Shown here: one piece after another, positions 37,178 to 47,841 of the stretch
Position numbering within the stretch: position 1 is the stretch's first letter
Layout: each line of letters begins with the position of its first letter
NCBI GenBank assembly: GCA_963847705.1
Contig: CAWKBC010000027.1
Coordinates: 64,001-128,000, forward strand
Direction: 5' to 3'
From: an uncultured Pseudomonadota bacterium
GTDB lineage: Bacteria > Myxococcota_A > Polyangia > Fen-1088
Length of the DNA: 64,000 nt
Position numbers and translations under genes: made by a program
The notes under the pieces: model-generated
Seen by the model: the letters and a program-made list of their open reading frames with translations, nothing else
Database searches by the model: none
What the model was told of the DNA's origin: nothing

Positions 37178-38506
37178 ATGAACCGTTACACTGTCCCCAC
37201 TCTCGCCCTCTTGGCTCTGATCGCGGCGCCGGCGGGCGCTGCGGCTGAGACGCTGACGCTCGATCTCGCCCTGGAGATCACGCGCGTCAACCTCCCGGCG
37301 TTGCGGCAGGCGCGCGCGCAGGTCGAGCAGGCCCACGGCCTTTACGACCAGGCGCGCGCGGGATGGTACCCCACGGTATCGATCGCGCTCGCCTACAAGC
37401 GCACCACCGGCAACATCGCGGTCAGTCCTGGGCTCACGCCCGCCAGCGAGGCCCTTCCGGCCGCCAATCTGAACACCTACAACTACTTCACCAACAGCGT
37501 CGTCGCCTCGCAGCTCCTGTGGGACTTCGGTCAGACCTCGAACAAGGTGGCCTCTGCTGTCGAGACCACCCGCGCCCAGCAAGAGACGGCACGCACGGCG
37601 CTGCTCCAAGCTGAGCTGGCGGTGAGAACGGCGTTCTTCGTGGCGGCCGCCCAGAACGATCTGGTCAGGGTCGCGGAGGTCAATCTGGCGAACAACGACA
37701 CCCATCTGGCCGAGACGCAGGCGTTCGTGAAAGAGGGCACCCAGCCCGAGATCGCGCTGGCAACTGCGCAGGCCAACCGCGCAAATGCGGTGGTGCAACT
37801 GATCAGCGCGAAGAACGCTTATGCCACGGCCAAGACCAGGCTGAACCAGGCCATGGGCGTGCAGGGGTCGACAGCCTACGACCTGCAAGCCCCGCCGTCG
37901 GCACCGGTCCCGGAAGAGGATGCGCCGCTCGAGCGCTTGGTCGCGGAAGCTCTGAGCACGCGCCCCGAGGAAGCAGCGCTCGAAGCGCAAGGCCGGTCGG
38001 CGCGGGCGAACATCAAGGCCTCGGGAGATATGGCGTTTCCGACGCTCTCACTGACCGCTGGCGCCAGCGACAACGGCACGACCGTCGACACCAACGGCAG
38101 GCAGTCGGTGAGCCTCACGCCCAACGTCAACGCCGGGCTCGCCTTGAGTTGGACGCTGAACCTCGGGCCACTCATCCCGGGAGAGCTCCGAGTCGCACGA
38201 GCGCAGCTGGCCAGCATCTCAGCCCAATTGGATGGTCTCCACGTACAGGTCCGCGTCGACGTCGAGACCGCGCAGCTCGCCGTCAAGGCGGCTCGGGAAT
38301 CCTTGGTGGCTGCCGTCCAGGCCAGGGACGCTGCCGACACCCAACTTCGCCTGGCCAACGGCCGCTACAAGACTGGCGTCGGCAACGCCGTCGAGGTCAG
38401 CGACGCCCAGCTCGCCGCCGATCAGGCAGGGGCCCAGGCGGTCCAAGCGCAGCTCAATCTCGACACCGCACGAGCCCAGCTCGTCGAAGCCCTGGGAAGG
38501 ACCTAA
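37178..38506 (+). CDS. TolC-family outer-membrane protein
   Basis: Signal peptide, QLLWDFG, RYKTGVG..EVSDAQ repeats; in the exporter operon. Confidence 0.9.
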   Translation: MNRYTVPTLALLALIAAPAGAAAETLTLDLALEITRVNLPALRQARAQVEQAHGLYDQARAGWYPTVSIALAYKRTTGNIAVSPGLTPASEALPAANLNTYNYFTNSVVASQLLWDFGQTSNKVASAVETTRAQQETARTALLQAELAVRTAFFVAAAQNDLVRVAEVNLANNDTHLAETQAFVKEGTQPEIALATAQANRANAVVQLISAKNAYATAKTRLNQAMGVQGSTAYDLQAPPSAPVPEEDAPLERLVAEALSTRPEEAALEAQGRSARANIKASGDMAFPTLSLTAGASDNGTTVDTNGRQSVSLTPNVNAGLALSWTLNLGPLIPGELRVARAQLASISAQLDGLHVQVRVDVETAQLAVKAARESLVAAVQARDAADTQLRLANGRYKTGVGNAVEVSDAQLAADQAGAQAVQAQLNLDTARAQLVEALGRT

Positions 38507-38544
38507 GCTGTGGACGAACCGAACGACAACAGGAGGACGGCTTC

Positions 38545-39003
38545 ATGACTCTCGACAATCTCAAGATCATCTTGGTCCCGACGGACTTCTCGCCCGCGTC
38601 CGCGGTTGCGGTGAAGGCTGCCATCCGAGTGGCTCAGCTGTTCCACGCTTCCATCGAGGTGTTTCACGTCAACGTCGATCCATCGGTTGTCTTGCCCCCG
38701 CCCGGAGACGTCCTTTCGTTTCCCGGGGCCTTCGACCGGGTTCTGGCTGATACAGCCGAGAAGATCGACCGGGTCGTCGGTGAGATCCGAGAGGCTGGGG
38801 TGACTTGCTCGAGCGCTTCGGATATCGGGCGATCGTATGCGGCGATCGTCGAGCAAGCCAAGCTGAGCGGCGCCGGTCTGATCGTGATGGGCAGTCATGG
38901 CCGACACGGGCTCAGCCACGCACTCCTCGGCAGCGTCGCCGAGAAGGTCGTCGAGCACGCTCCTTGCCCGGTCCTCATCGTACCCGCGCCGCCGCCTGCC
39001 TAG
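38545..39003 (+). CDS. Universal stress protein
   Basis: ILVPTDFS, LIVMGSHGRHG..LLGSVAEKVV..APCPVL. Confidence 0.93.
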   Translation: MTLDNLKIILVPTDFSPASAVAVKAAIRVAQLFHASIEVFHVNVDPSVVLPPPGDVLSFPGAFDRVLADTAEKIDRVVGEIREAGVTCSSASDIGRSYAAIVEQAKLSGAGLIVMGSHGRHGLSHALLGSVAEKVVEHAPCPVLIVPAPPPA

Positions 39004-39151
39004 TCCTCTGCCCCGGGGGTAACGATTAGACTGACCTTCGCAGCCCGAAGATTCGGATCGAAAACATCGCAGGGTGATGCTCTGCACCGAAAATGCCAAC
39101 CGCTGTCGTCTGGGGTTTCCCTGCGGTCGACGAGGGGGGGCGGGTCCAATT

Positions 39152-39250
39152 GCGCAACTTCCGCACCGACTGTCCGCTGGCGCGCAGGTTTCGCGCGGCC
39201 GATGACAGGGGCGGCTCGACGACGAGGACCTTCGCGGCACGTCGGATGCT
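39152..39250 (+). promoter_or_regulatory. Paired palindromes plus sigma-54 promoter
   Basis: GCGCA-acttc-CGCAC (39152), GCGCA-ggttt-CGCGC (39182); CGGCACGTCGGATGCT (39235-39250). Confidence 0.62.
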
Positions 39251-39277
39251 AGGATTTGAGCCGAGCTCGCGAAGCGC

Positions 39278-39976
39278 GTGAAGCCAGCCCGCCAACAAGA
39301 TCATCGAATCGGCCGCGGCGGTTGGCTCCGGGCGGCGGTTCTTGGGGCTGACGACGGGGTCGTTTCGACGGCGAGCTTGATCATCGGCGTGGGGTCGGCT
39401 GCCGTCTCGACACGGGCCGTCCTGACGGCGGGCATCGCCGGGATGGCCGCGGGCGCGCTGTCGATGGCCGCCGGCGAGTACGTCTCCGTCTGCTCGCAAC
39501 GGGACGTCGAGGAAGCCGACATCGCGCTCGAGCGCCGCCAGCTCAGAGAGAATCCGGCGGGCGAGCTGGACGAGTTGGTTGGGATCTATGTGAAGAGGGG
39601 CCTCGACCCCCAGCTGGCGCAGAAGGTGGCCGAACAGCTCAGCGCACGAGGCCGTCTGAAGGCCCACCTTCGGGACGAGCTGGGTCTGCAGGAATCCCTT
39701 CGCGCGCGGCCGCTCCAGGCGGCCATGGTCTCGGCGCTGAGCTTCGCATCGTTGGCGCTCCTGCCGATTCTGGCTTTCGCGAGCGCTCCCTCCTCGCTCC
39801 GGCTCCCCATCGTGGCGCTGGTATCGCTCGCTGGATTGGCGGGACTCGGAGCCCTGGGTGCGGCTCTCGGGGGCGCGCCTCGTCTTCGGGCGGCCTGGAG
39901 GGTCCTCCTCGGTGGGGGCTTCGCCATGGCGGTGAGTGCGCTCGTGGGACACGTCCTCGGCTTGGCGGGGCTCTGA
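39278..39976 (+). CDS. VIT1/CCC1 family transporter
   Basis: WLRAAVLGADDGVVSTAS, AGALSMAAGEYVSV, HLRDELG. Confidence 0.92.
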   Translation: MKPARQQDHRIGRGGWLRAAVLGADDGVVSTASLIIGVGSAAVSTRAVLTAGIAGMAAGALSMAAGEYVSVCSQRDVEEADIALERRQLRENPAGELDELVGIYVKRGLDPQLAQKVAEQLSARGRLKAHLRDELGLQESLRARPLQAAMVSALSFASLALLPILAFASAPSSLRLPIVALVSLAGLAGLGALGAALGGAPRLRAAWRVLLGGGFAMAVSALVGHVLGLAGL

Positions 39977-40067
39977 GGTTGTCAGACCGCTGCTGCTCGC
40001 GTCTCCCGGGAGGGTGGGCCTTCAAGCTGCGGGCCAGATGGCGTCGTCGGTGTCGGCAGCGTCGGCC

Positions 40068-40201
40068 GCGCAGAATCTGCGTCGTTCGAAATGGCACGCG
40101 CAAGAGTTGCTCGGAGGCAGAGATCCACGCGTACCAAAGGTCTTTCGTTGCCCCAACACCTCGTCAAGATGCGGCTGTCATCTGCTGGCACGACCTGTGC
40201 T
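40068..40201 (+). promoter_or_regulatory. Paired palindromes plus sigma-54 promoter
   Basis: GCGCA-gaatc-TGCGT (40068), GCGCA-agagt-TGCTC (40098); TGGCACGACCTGTGCT (40186-40201). Confidence 0.7.
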
Positions 40202-40226
40202 CACGACAGGACACGGAGGTATGCCC

Positions 40227-40799
40227 ATGAAGTGCAGCGACATCATGAACAGAAATTTGGAGTGGCTGACCGAGAGCGACACGATCAAGAGTGCGGCGAA
40301 GAAGATGGCCGAGACGGGGCTCGGCTTTCTGCCGATCTGCGACGCGAATATGAGCGTGGTCGGCGTGGTCACCGACCGCGACCTGACCGTCCGCGCCCTC
40401 GCTGGTCGGGTCAATCCGGACACCACGTCGGCTGCCATGGTGATGAGCGCCCCGGCCGTCAGTTGCCTGGTCACCACCGACATCCGCGACGCCGAGGAGC
40501 TCATGGCGCAAGAGCAGAAGTCGCGCCTGGTCATCGCGGAGCCGGGCGGGCGTCTGGTCGGCGTGATCAGCCTGGCCGACCTGGTCGAACATGCCGACGC
40601 CAAACAGGCTCTGCGAACGGTCAAGGCCGTTCTCTGGCGCGAGGCCCTCGGGGCTCGTGGCGGCGCGATTCAAGGCCAGCCGCTCCTGAAGGACGATCCC
40701 GCGGCGTGGAACGTGCCAACGCCGTCGGATGACGTCCGTGTGCTTCCGACGGTGTTCACCGGCGGACAGCGCTCGGCGGATACCAAGGAATTTCCGTAA
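40227..40799 (+). CDS. CBS-domain protein (Hrp1/Rv2626c-like)
   Basis: KCSDIM..GFLPIC..VGVVTDRDL..VGVISLADL; GGAGG RBS. Confidence 0.88.
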   Translation: MKCSDIMNRNLEWLTESDTIKSAAKKMAETGLGFLPICDANMSVVGVVTDRDLTVRALAGRVNPDTTSAAMVMSAPAVSCLVTTDIRDAEELMAQEQKSRLVIAEPGGRLVGVISLADLVEHADAKQALRTVKAVLWREALGARGGAIQGQPLLKDDPAAWNVPTPSDDVRVLPTVFTGGQRSADTKEFP

Positions 40800-40846
40800 C
40801 CGAAGAGGCGCGGGCGAGCCGAGGCTCGCCCGCGCGAGTCCTCCCC

Positions 40847-41149
40847 TCAGCGAAGACCGGCGTCGGGGGACAGGTCGAGATCGACGGGTCCGGGCGCGGT
40901 CGGTGGGATCGCCGGCTGCGCCTTCTTCTGCTCGGCCCACTGTTTCCGCTGGCGGGCGGCAACAATTCCCCATCGCGCGTCCTCCTCCTCCAGGTGGAGC
41001 CCGGTCGCGGCGTTCTGCGCGGCGATCTTGTCGGGCGCGGAGTCCGGCACGCGTTGCACGGACTCAGGGCGCGAGCGGGGACCTGCGGCGCAAGAAGCGA
41101 GGAGAGCGCCGACGAAAATCGTGCGGAGAAACGAGCGCGTGATGGTCAT
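40847..41149 (-). CDS. Small hypothetical lipoprotein
   Basis: Lipobox LASC; upstream sigma-54 motif TGGCCGAGATCTTGCC at 41162-41177. Confidence 0.6.
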   Translation of the reverse strand: MTITRSFLRTIFVGALLASCAAGPRSRPESVQRVPDSAPDKIAAQNAATGLHLEEEDARWGIVAARQRKQWAEQKKAQPAIPPTAPGPVDLDLSPDAGLR

Positions 41150-41181
41150 GTCAAAGGGATAGGCAAGATCTCGGCCATCTC

Positions 41182-42027
41182 TCAGGACGCGCCTTGCATC
41201 CGACCCGTGATCACTTCGAGAACCTCGGCGGTGATCTCGTCCTGTCGCAGGACGTTCTCGCTGCGACGCAGGTCGACAAGCATGTCATCGAGGTGGGTGT
41301 GTGCAGCCTGCAGGACCTCCAGGCTCGCCGCGTTGGCCGCCGCGAAGCTCTCCGCGACGAACTCGAAGAGCCTGGCGTGAACGTACTCGCCGGCGATCTG
41401 CGCCATGAGAAGCGGGGCGGGCAGCATCGTGATGGGCGGAAGGGTGTCTGGTCGCCCGCTCCCCGGGAGGTCGAGGGGCAGCAACCTACGTCGCTCAATC
41501 ACGATGGTTCCCGTCGGCGTACGCCTGGGATGGACGATCTGGACCGAAAGACCATCGATGGATCCCGATCGCTCGAGGACCAGGGCACCGATCTGGTCGG
41601 CCGCGTCGCCGATGCCTCCGAGGTGGCTGGGCATGCTTCCGATGTACGTGGCGGTCAGCCCCTGCTCGCGTGCGAGCGCTTGGCCGCGCGCCCCGACGAT
41701 ACAGAGCTGGTAAGGCACAGGCGTTTCGGCGGCCGAGCGCAGCGTGCGCTCGTTGAGCGCTCCGACGAAGCCACGCTCGGTACAGAGGGCGACGACCAGG
41801 CTCTCCCGCTCCCGACCGGGCGGATCGAGGGGAAGGACGGACCTGGCCTCGCCGGTCAGGCTGGCGAAGGCGGCACCGATTCGGTCGGCGTACTCCCGAG
41901 CCGCTGCCTGAGCCCGCTCGCCCTGTTGGATGCGCGCGGCTGCCATTCCCCGCATCGCCCCCAGGACCTCTTCGAGCTCGTTCATGGTGGCGAGGCGGGC
42001 CCGCACCTCCGCGCCTCGCTCAGACAT
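41182..42027 (-). CDS. atpG: N-ATPase gamma subunit
   Basis: AMRGMAAARI, TERGFVGALN, LRQDEITAEVLEV. Confidence 0.88.
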   Translation of the reverse strand: MSERGAEVRARLATMNELEEVLGAMRGMAAARIQQGERAQAAAREYADRIGAAFASLTGEARSVLPLDPPGRERESLVVALCTERGFVGALNERTLRSAAETPVPYQLCIVGARGQALAREQGLTATYIGSMPSHLGGIGDAADQIGALVLERSGSIDGLSVQIVHPRRTPTGTIVIERRRLLPLDLPGSGRPDTLPPITMLPAPLLMAQIAGEYVHARLFEFVAESFAAANAASLEVLQAAHTHLDDMLVDLRRSENVLRQDEITAEVLEVITGRMQGAS

Positions 42028-43561
42028 GGGCTGCTTCGGCCTCTGGCGGCCTCGCCGGTCCCGCGGCGAGCTCGATGAGCTGCCGCAAGTCCGTTCGGCA
42101 GGTGTCATCGAGCTCACCGGTGTTTCCCAGGCGCGCGACGGCTCCCGGGCGATCCTCGAGTGCATCCGCAAGGGCGGCTCGGAAGCTGGTCATCCCTTCG
42201 GCAGGAAGCCGATCCAGCGTCCCGTCCGCCAGGGCGAGGAGCATCGCGACCTGAAGCGCGAAGGGTTGTGGCTGCATTTGCACCTGGGACAACAGGGCCC
42301 GAATGCGGCGGCCATGCTCGACGATTACCCGGGTGCGTTCGTCGGAGATACCACCGAAATGGGTGAACACCTCGAGCTCCAGAAACTGTGCGTAGGCAAG
42401 GCGCAACGGCTCGGCCAGCGTCCGCATCGCAGGCTTCTGAGTCTTGCCGCCGACCCGTGAGACGCTCAGCCCCACGTCGACCGCGGGCTTCTGACCGGCG
42501 TGGAACAGCTTGGCATCGAGGACGATTTGCCCGTCCGTGATGGAGATGAGATTGGTCGGAATGTAGGCGCTCAGGTTCCCCTCCTGAGTCTCCGCGATCG
42601 GCAGCGCGGTCACCGAGCCGCCGCCGCAGCGCTGGTGAAGCTTGGCCGCGCGTTCGAGCAGCCGCGCGTGCACGTAGAAGATGTCGCCGGGGAACGCCTC
42701 GCGCCCGGGCGGTTGCCGCAACAGCAGCGAGAGCTGGCGGTGGACGTCGGCATGCTTGGTGAGATCGTCGATGACGATGAGGACGTCGCGGCCACTGCGC
42801 GCGAAGTGCTCCGCCATGGTGAACCCGGCGTAGGGGGCCAGCCACTGAAGCCCAGGCGCCGCGTGCTCGGCGTCGGCGACGACGAACAGGCACCTCTGTG
42901 GGTTCCCGTGCTCCCGGACCTGTTCGATCACGCGCTTGACGGCCGAGGCCCGTTGTCCGATCGCCACGTAGACGCAGAGGACGTCGCTGTCGCGTTGGTT
43001 GATGATCGCGTCGACGGCCAGGGTGGTCTTGCCGGTCGATCGATCGCCGATGATCAGCTCCCGTTGCCCCCGACCGATGGCGAACATCGCGTCCACCACC
43101 GCGGTCCCCGTCTCCAGCGGCACAACGACGGGCGCGCGATCGATGATCGCCGGTGCCGGGCGGTCGGCGGGCTCGAAGTGGTCCACGGCAATGGGGCCGC
43201 CATCGTCGAGCGGGCGGCCCAGCGGATCGACGATGCGGCCGAGCAGGGCGTCGCCCACGGGGACTTCCACGACGCGGCCCGTGCCGCGCACGATCTGACC
43301 GGCAGCCGCCCGCGTCGTACTGTCGAGGAGAACGCAACCAATCTCGTCCTTGCCGAGCTCAACCGCTTGCCCCATCGTCCCGTCGGGAAGCTCGAGGAGC
43401 TCGTCGAGTGCGGCGTCCGGAAGGCCGACCACGCGAGCGACACCGTCGCCCACGTGAACGATGCGCCCGATGCGCTCCACGACCGGCGCCACCGCCAGAC
43501 GCCGGAGTCGCTCTGCTGCTCCCGTCGTCCAGAGGTCCAATCGCGTGGCGAGATCGTTCAT
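42020..43561 (-). CDS. atpA: N-ATPase alpha subunit
   Basis: GRGQRELIIGDRSTGKT, PPGREAFPGDIFY, ISITDGQI. Confidence 0.96.
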   Translation of the reverse strand: MNDLATRLDLWTTGAAERLRRLAVAPVVERIGRIVHVGDGVARVVGLPDAALDELLELPDGTMGQAVELGKDEIGCVLLDSTTRAAAGQIVRGTGRVVEVPVGDALLGRIVDPLGRPLDDGGPIAVDHFEPADRPAPAIIDRAPVVVPLETGTAVVDAMFAIGRGQRELIIGDRSTGKTTLAVDAIINQRDSDVLCVYVAIGQRASAVKRVIEQVREHGNPQRCLFVVADAEHAAPGLQWLAPYAGFTMAEHFARSGRDVLIVIDDLTKHADVHRQLSLLLRQPPGREAFPGDIFYVHARLLERAAKLHQRCGGGSVTALPIAETQEGNLSAYIPTNLISITDGQIVLDAKLFHAGQKPAVDVGLSVSRVGGKTQKPAMRTLAEPLRLAYAQFLELEVFTHFGGISDERTRVIVEHGRRIRALLSQVQMQPQPFALQVAMLLALADGTLDRLPAEGMTSFRAALADALEDRPGAVARLGNTGELDDTCRTDLRQLIELAAGPARPPEAEAAHV

Positions 43562-44304
43562 GGCTCTTTCAGCGCGCGCTGGACCTGAGCGACCTGCTCG
43601 CGCCAGCTGTGGCGTACGACGGCGGTGGGAAGGTGAATCTCGGCTCCGGCCAAGAGAGCGGAGTCCTCGGCGAACGCAATCGCCATGTGCTCGCCCAGCG
43701 CATGGTGCAACCGCGCTGAGACCGCATCCCGTTTCACGGTCTCCAGGGGCACCGCCGTCACAACCCGGATTTCGCCGGATCCGGATGCGACGTGAGCCGT
43801 CGCTTCCCGTCCGGTGTTGCCGTCCATCGACTCGATCGTTCGAAGGGCCTCGTCGAGCAGATGCGTCGAGGCGTCGTTCACCCCCGACATGGTGAGGAGA
43901 CGGCCGGCGATCCCAGCCGCCAGCTCCGCGGCCCGTGCTTGAAGCGTGGATTCGGCGGCTGTCCGTTCCCGAGCGAGCGCCGCTTCTCCTTCCTTGAGGA
44001 GGCTGTCGGCAGACCGCCGCGCCTCGGCCAAGAGCTGGTCGCGCCGGGACTCCGCGTCCCGGCCCGCCTCGAGCAGAAACCGATCACGTTCGCCCGCCGC
44101 TGCCCGATGCTGGCGCTCCGCCTCGGCGCACAGTTCCACTGCCTTGGTCCGCTCGGCGGCGGCCGCCGCCAGAGGCGCCTCCACCTCACGCTGTCGCCGG
44201 GCGATCATCGCCTGTACTGGCCGGTACAGCCAATACCGGAGCACCCCGGCAAGGACCAGGAAGTTCACGGTCTGGAAGGCGAAGGTGGCGAGGTGGGAGT
44301 GCAT
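43558..44304 (-). CDS. atpF: N-ATPase b subunit (b-delta-like fusion)
   Basis: FQTVNFLVL TM, coiled coil, C-terminal delta-like domain; no separate atpH. Confidence 0.85.
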   Translation of the reverse strand: MHSHLATFAFQTVNFLVLAGVLRYWLYRPVQAMIARRQREVEAPLAAAAAERTKAVELCAEAERQHRAAAGERDRFLLEAGRDAESRRDQLLAEARRSADSLLKEGEAALARERTAAESTLQARAAELAAGIAGRLLTMSGVNDASTHLLDEALRTIESMDGNTGREATAHVASGSGEIRVVTAVPLETVKRDAVSARLHHALGEHMAIAFAEDSALLAGAEIHLPTAVVRHSWREQVAQVQRALKEP

Positions 44305-44310
44305 GGCCGA

Positions 44311-44559
44311 CTAGTGGGCGTGGACGAAGGGATTCGCGAACAGGATGAGCAGGGCGACGACCAGGCAGTAGATCGCCATGGTCTCGATCATCGCGAGGCC
44401 CACGAACAGGGTGCGCGAGAGCGACGGCGCCGATTCGGGCTGGCGTGCCATCGCCTCCATGGCGGCGGCGACAGCCCGCCCCTCGGCCAGCGCGGGGCCG
44501 ATGGCCCCGAAGGAGACGGCGACGACGGCGCCGATGATGCTGATCTGCTCGATGGTCAT
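44311..44559 (-). CDS. atpE: N-ATPase c subunit
   Basis: GAIGPALAEG..ARQPE..GLAMIETMAIY. Confidence 0.94.
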   Translation of the reverse strand: MTIEQISIIGAVVAVSFGAIGPALAEGRAVAAAMEAMARQPESAPSLSRTLFVGLAMIETMAIYCLVVALLILFANPFVHAH

Positions 44560-45266
44560 GTGGTCTGTTCCTTTCCGGTTTCTGTACGAGGCGACGCGGC
44601 GCCCAGGGCGGCCGCGATGAACACGGCGGCGAGCGTGGTGAAGATGTAGGCTTGGATGAGGCCGGTGAGCAGCTCGAGACCCATCAAGGGCAGGGGGACC
44701 AAGAGTCCGGCCAGTCCGAGGACGATGGCGATGATGAACTCCCCGCTCATCACGTTCCCGAAGAGGCGAATCATCAGCGAGAACGTCCGGGTCACCTCGG
44801 AGAGCAGGTTGAGCGGCAACAGGAAGATCGACGGTCGGGCGAACTCTCGCAGGTAGCCGAGGAGCCCGCGCCGGCTCACGCCGGCGACGTGGACCGAGAA
44901 GAAGACGATCGCGGCCAGCGCGGCGGGCGTTTCGAGATGGGCAGTCGGCGCCTGGAGCCCTGGAACGAGGCCGCTGACATTGGCAAAAACGAGGAAGATG
45001 AACATCGTTCCGAGGAGCCACACGTAGCTGCCTCCGACGTCCGGAATCACATCGCCGATTTGGCTCTCGATTGTCGTCACCAGGAGCTCGAGCGCGGTCT
45101 GGACTCGTCCGGGACGCACCCGTAAGCGGCGCGTCAGCAGCCGACTTCCAATCATCAGCACCGCCATGATCCCCCAGGTGATCACCACCGGCCGGGTGAC
45201 GGGCACCGGCCCCACCTTGAAGACAACGGGGAGGTCGAAGGGGGAATGGCTGGTCCCGCCGTTCAT
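44556..45266 (-). CDS. atpB: N-ATPase a subunit
   Basis: PTAHL, FSLMIRLFGNVMSGE, LIQAYIFTTL. Confidence 0.93.
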   Translation of the reverse strand: MNGGTSHSPFDLPVVFKVGPVPVTRPVVITWGIMAVLMIGSRLLTRRLRVRPGRVQTALELLVTTIESQIGDVIPDVGGSYVWLLGTMFIFLVFANVSGLVPGLQAPTAHLETPAALAAIVFFSVHVAGVSRRGLLGYLREFARPSIFLLPLNLLSEVTRTFSLMIRLFGNVMSGEFIIAIVLGLAGLLVPLPLMGLELLTGLIQAYIFTTLAAVFIAAALGAASPRTETGKEQTT

Positions 45267-45538
45267 GCCCGGACCTCCGGCGTGGGGCGGACCAGAACCG
45301 TACGCGCGATCAGAGTGCCCCCCGCGAGGCAGAGGAGTGGAAGAGCCCCCGCCCGTGCCGCCACCACCAGAGCGATCGTCAGCAGGGCCCATCGTCCGAA
45401 ATGGAGCGCGACCCCGAGCGGCCAGTGGCGTGATGTGTAGAACCGGACATTCAGGCGCAAGAGCGCGAAGAAGGCGCCGCCGATGGCCACACCGCTGAGG
45501 GTCGCGATCACGATGCGCATGACGAGGAATGCGGTCAC
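45263..45538 (-). CDS. atpR: N-ATPase AtpR subunit
   Basis: Small 3-TM protein (FFALLRLNVR..GTLIARTVLV) between atpQ and atpB. Confidence 0.75.
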   Translation of the reverse strand: MTAFLVMRIVIATLSGVAIGGAFFALLRLNVRFYTSRHWPLGVALHFGRWALLTIALVVAARAGALPLLCLAGGTLIARTVLVRPTPEVRA

Positions 45539-45812
45539 GACCTCCTCACCTTCTGCCAGACGAGCCCAGCGCCCAGCGCGGCGCCACAGAAGATGAGCGT
45601 CGCCGACCAAAACACACCGGAGCCGTATCGGTTGTCGAGCCATCTTCCGAGCAGCGCACCGCCGAGCGGAGGCAGCACGAGGAGCCAGCCCAAGGATCCG
45701 ACCAGGCCCAGGTTTCGCAGCAGCGCACGCGAGCCTTCGCGCAACCAGCGGTCGCGTCGATCCCGCCGCTTTCGTACGGCCGAGGCCATCTCCTCCGAGG
45801 TGTCTTTCGACG

Positions 45813-45816
<4 letters not shown>
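45535..45816 (-). CDS. atpQ: N-ATPase AtpQ (AtpZ-like) subunit
   Basis: GLVGSLGW..GALLGRWLD. Confidence 0.8.
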
Positions 45817-47659
<1,843 letters not shown>

Positions 47660-47668
47660 TCACGTATT

Positions 47669-47828
47669 TGCAAGGTGGACGCCAGGTGACGCGGCCCGGG
47701 AATTGAGAGCGGGTACGGCCTTTGGCGCGCAGTTCTTTCGCTATGGCAACCGCCGCCGCAGAAAATGCGCGCTTCGGTATCGGGGAAGCCGGTATGACGA
47801 CACGTGGGGTTGCGGCTCGCCACTTGCA
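47669..47828. promoter_or_regulatory. Divergent sigma-54 promoters (atp operon and acetyltransferase) with central paired palindromes
   Basis: Minus 47669-47684 TGGCGTCCACCTTGCA; GCGCA-gttct-TTCGC (47727), CCGCA-gaaaa-TGCGC (47756); plus 47813-47828 CGGCTCGCCACTTGCA. Confidence 0.68.
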
Positions 47829-47841
47829 GCCTCGCTTCCCG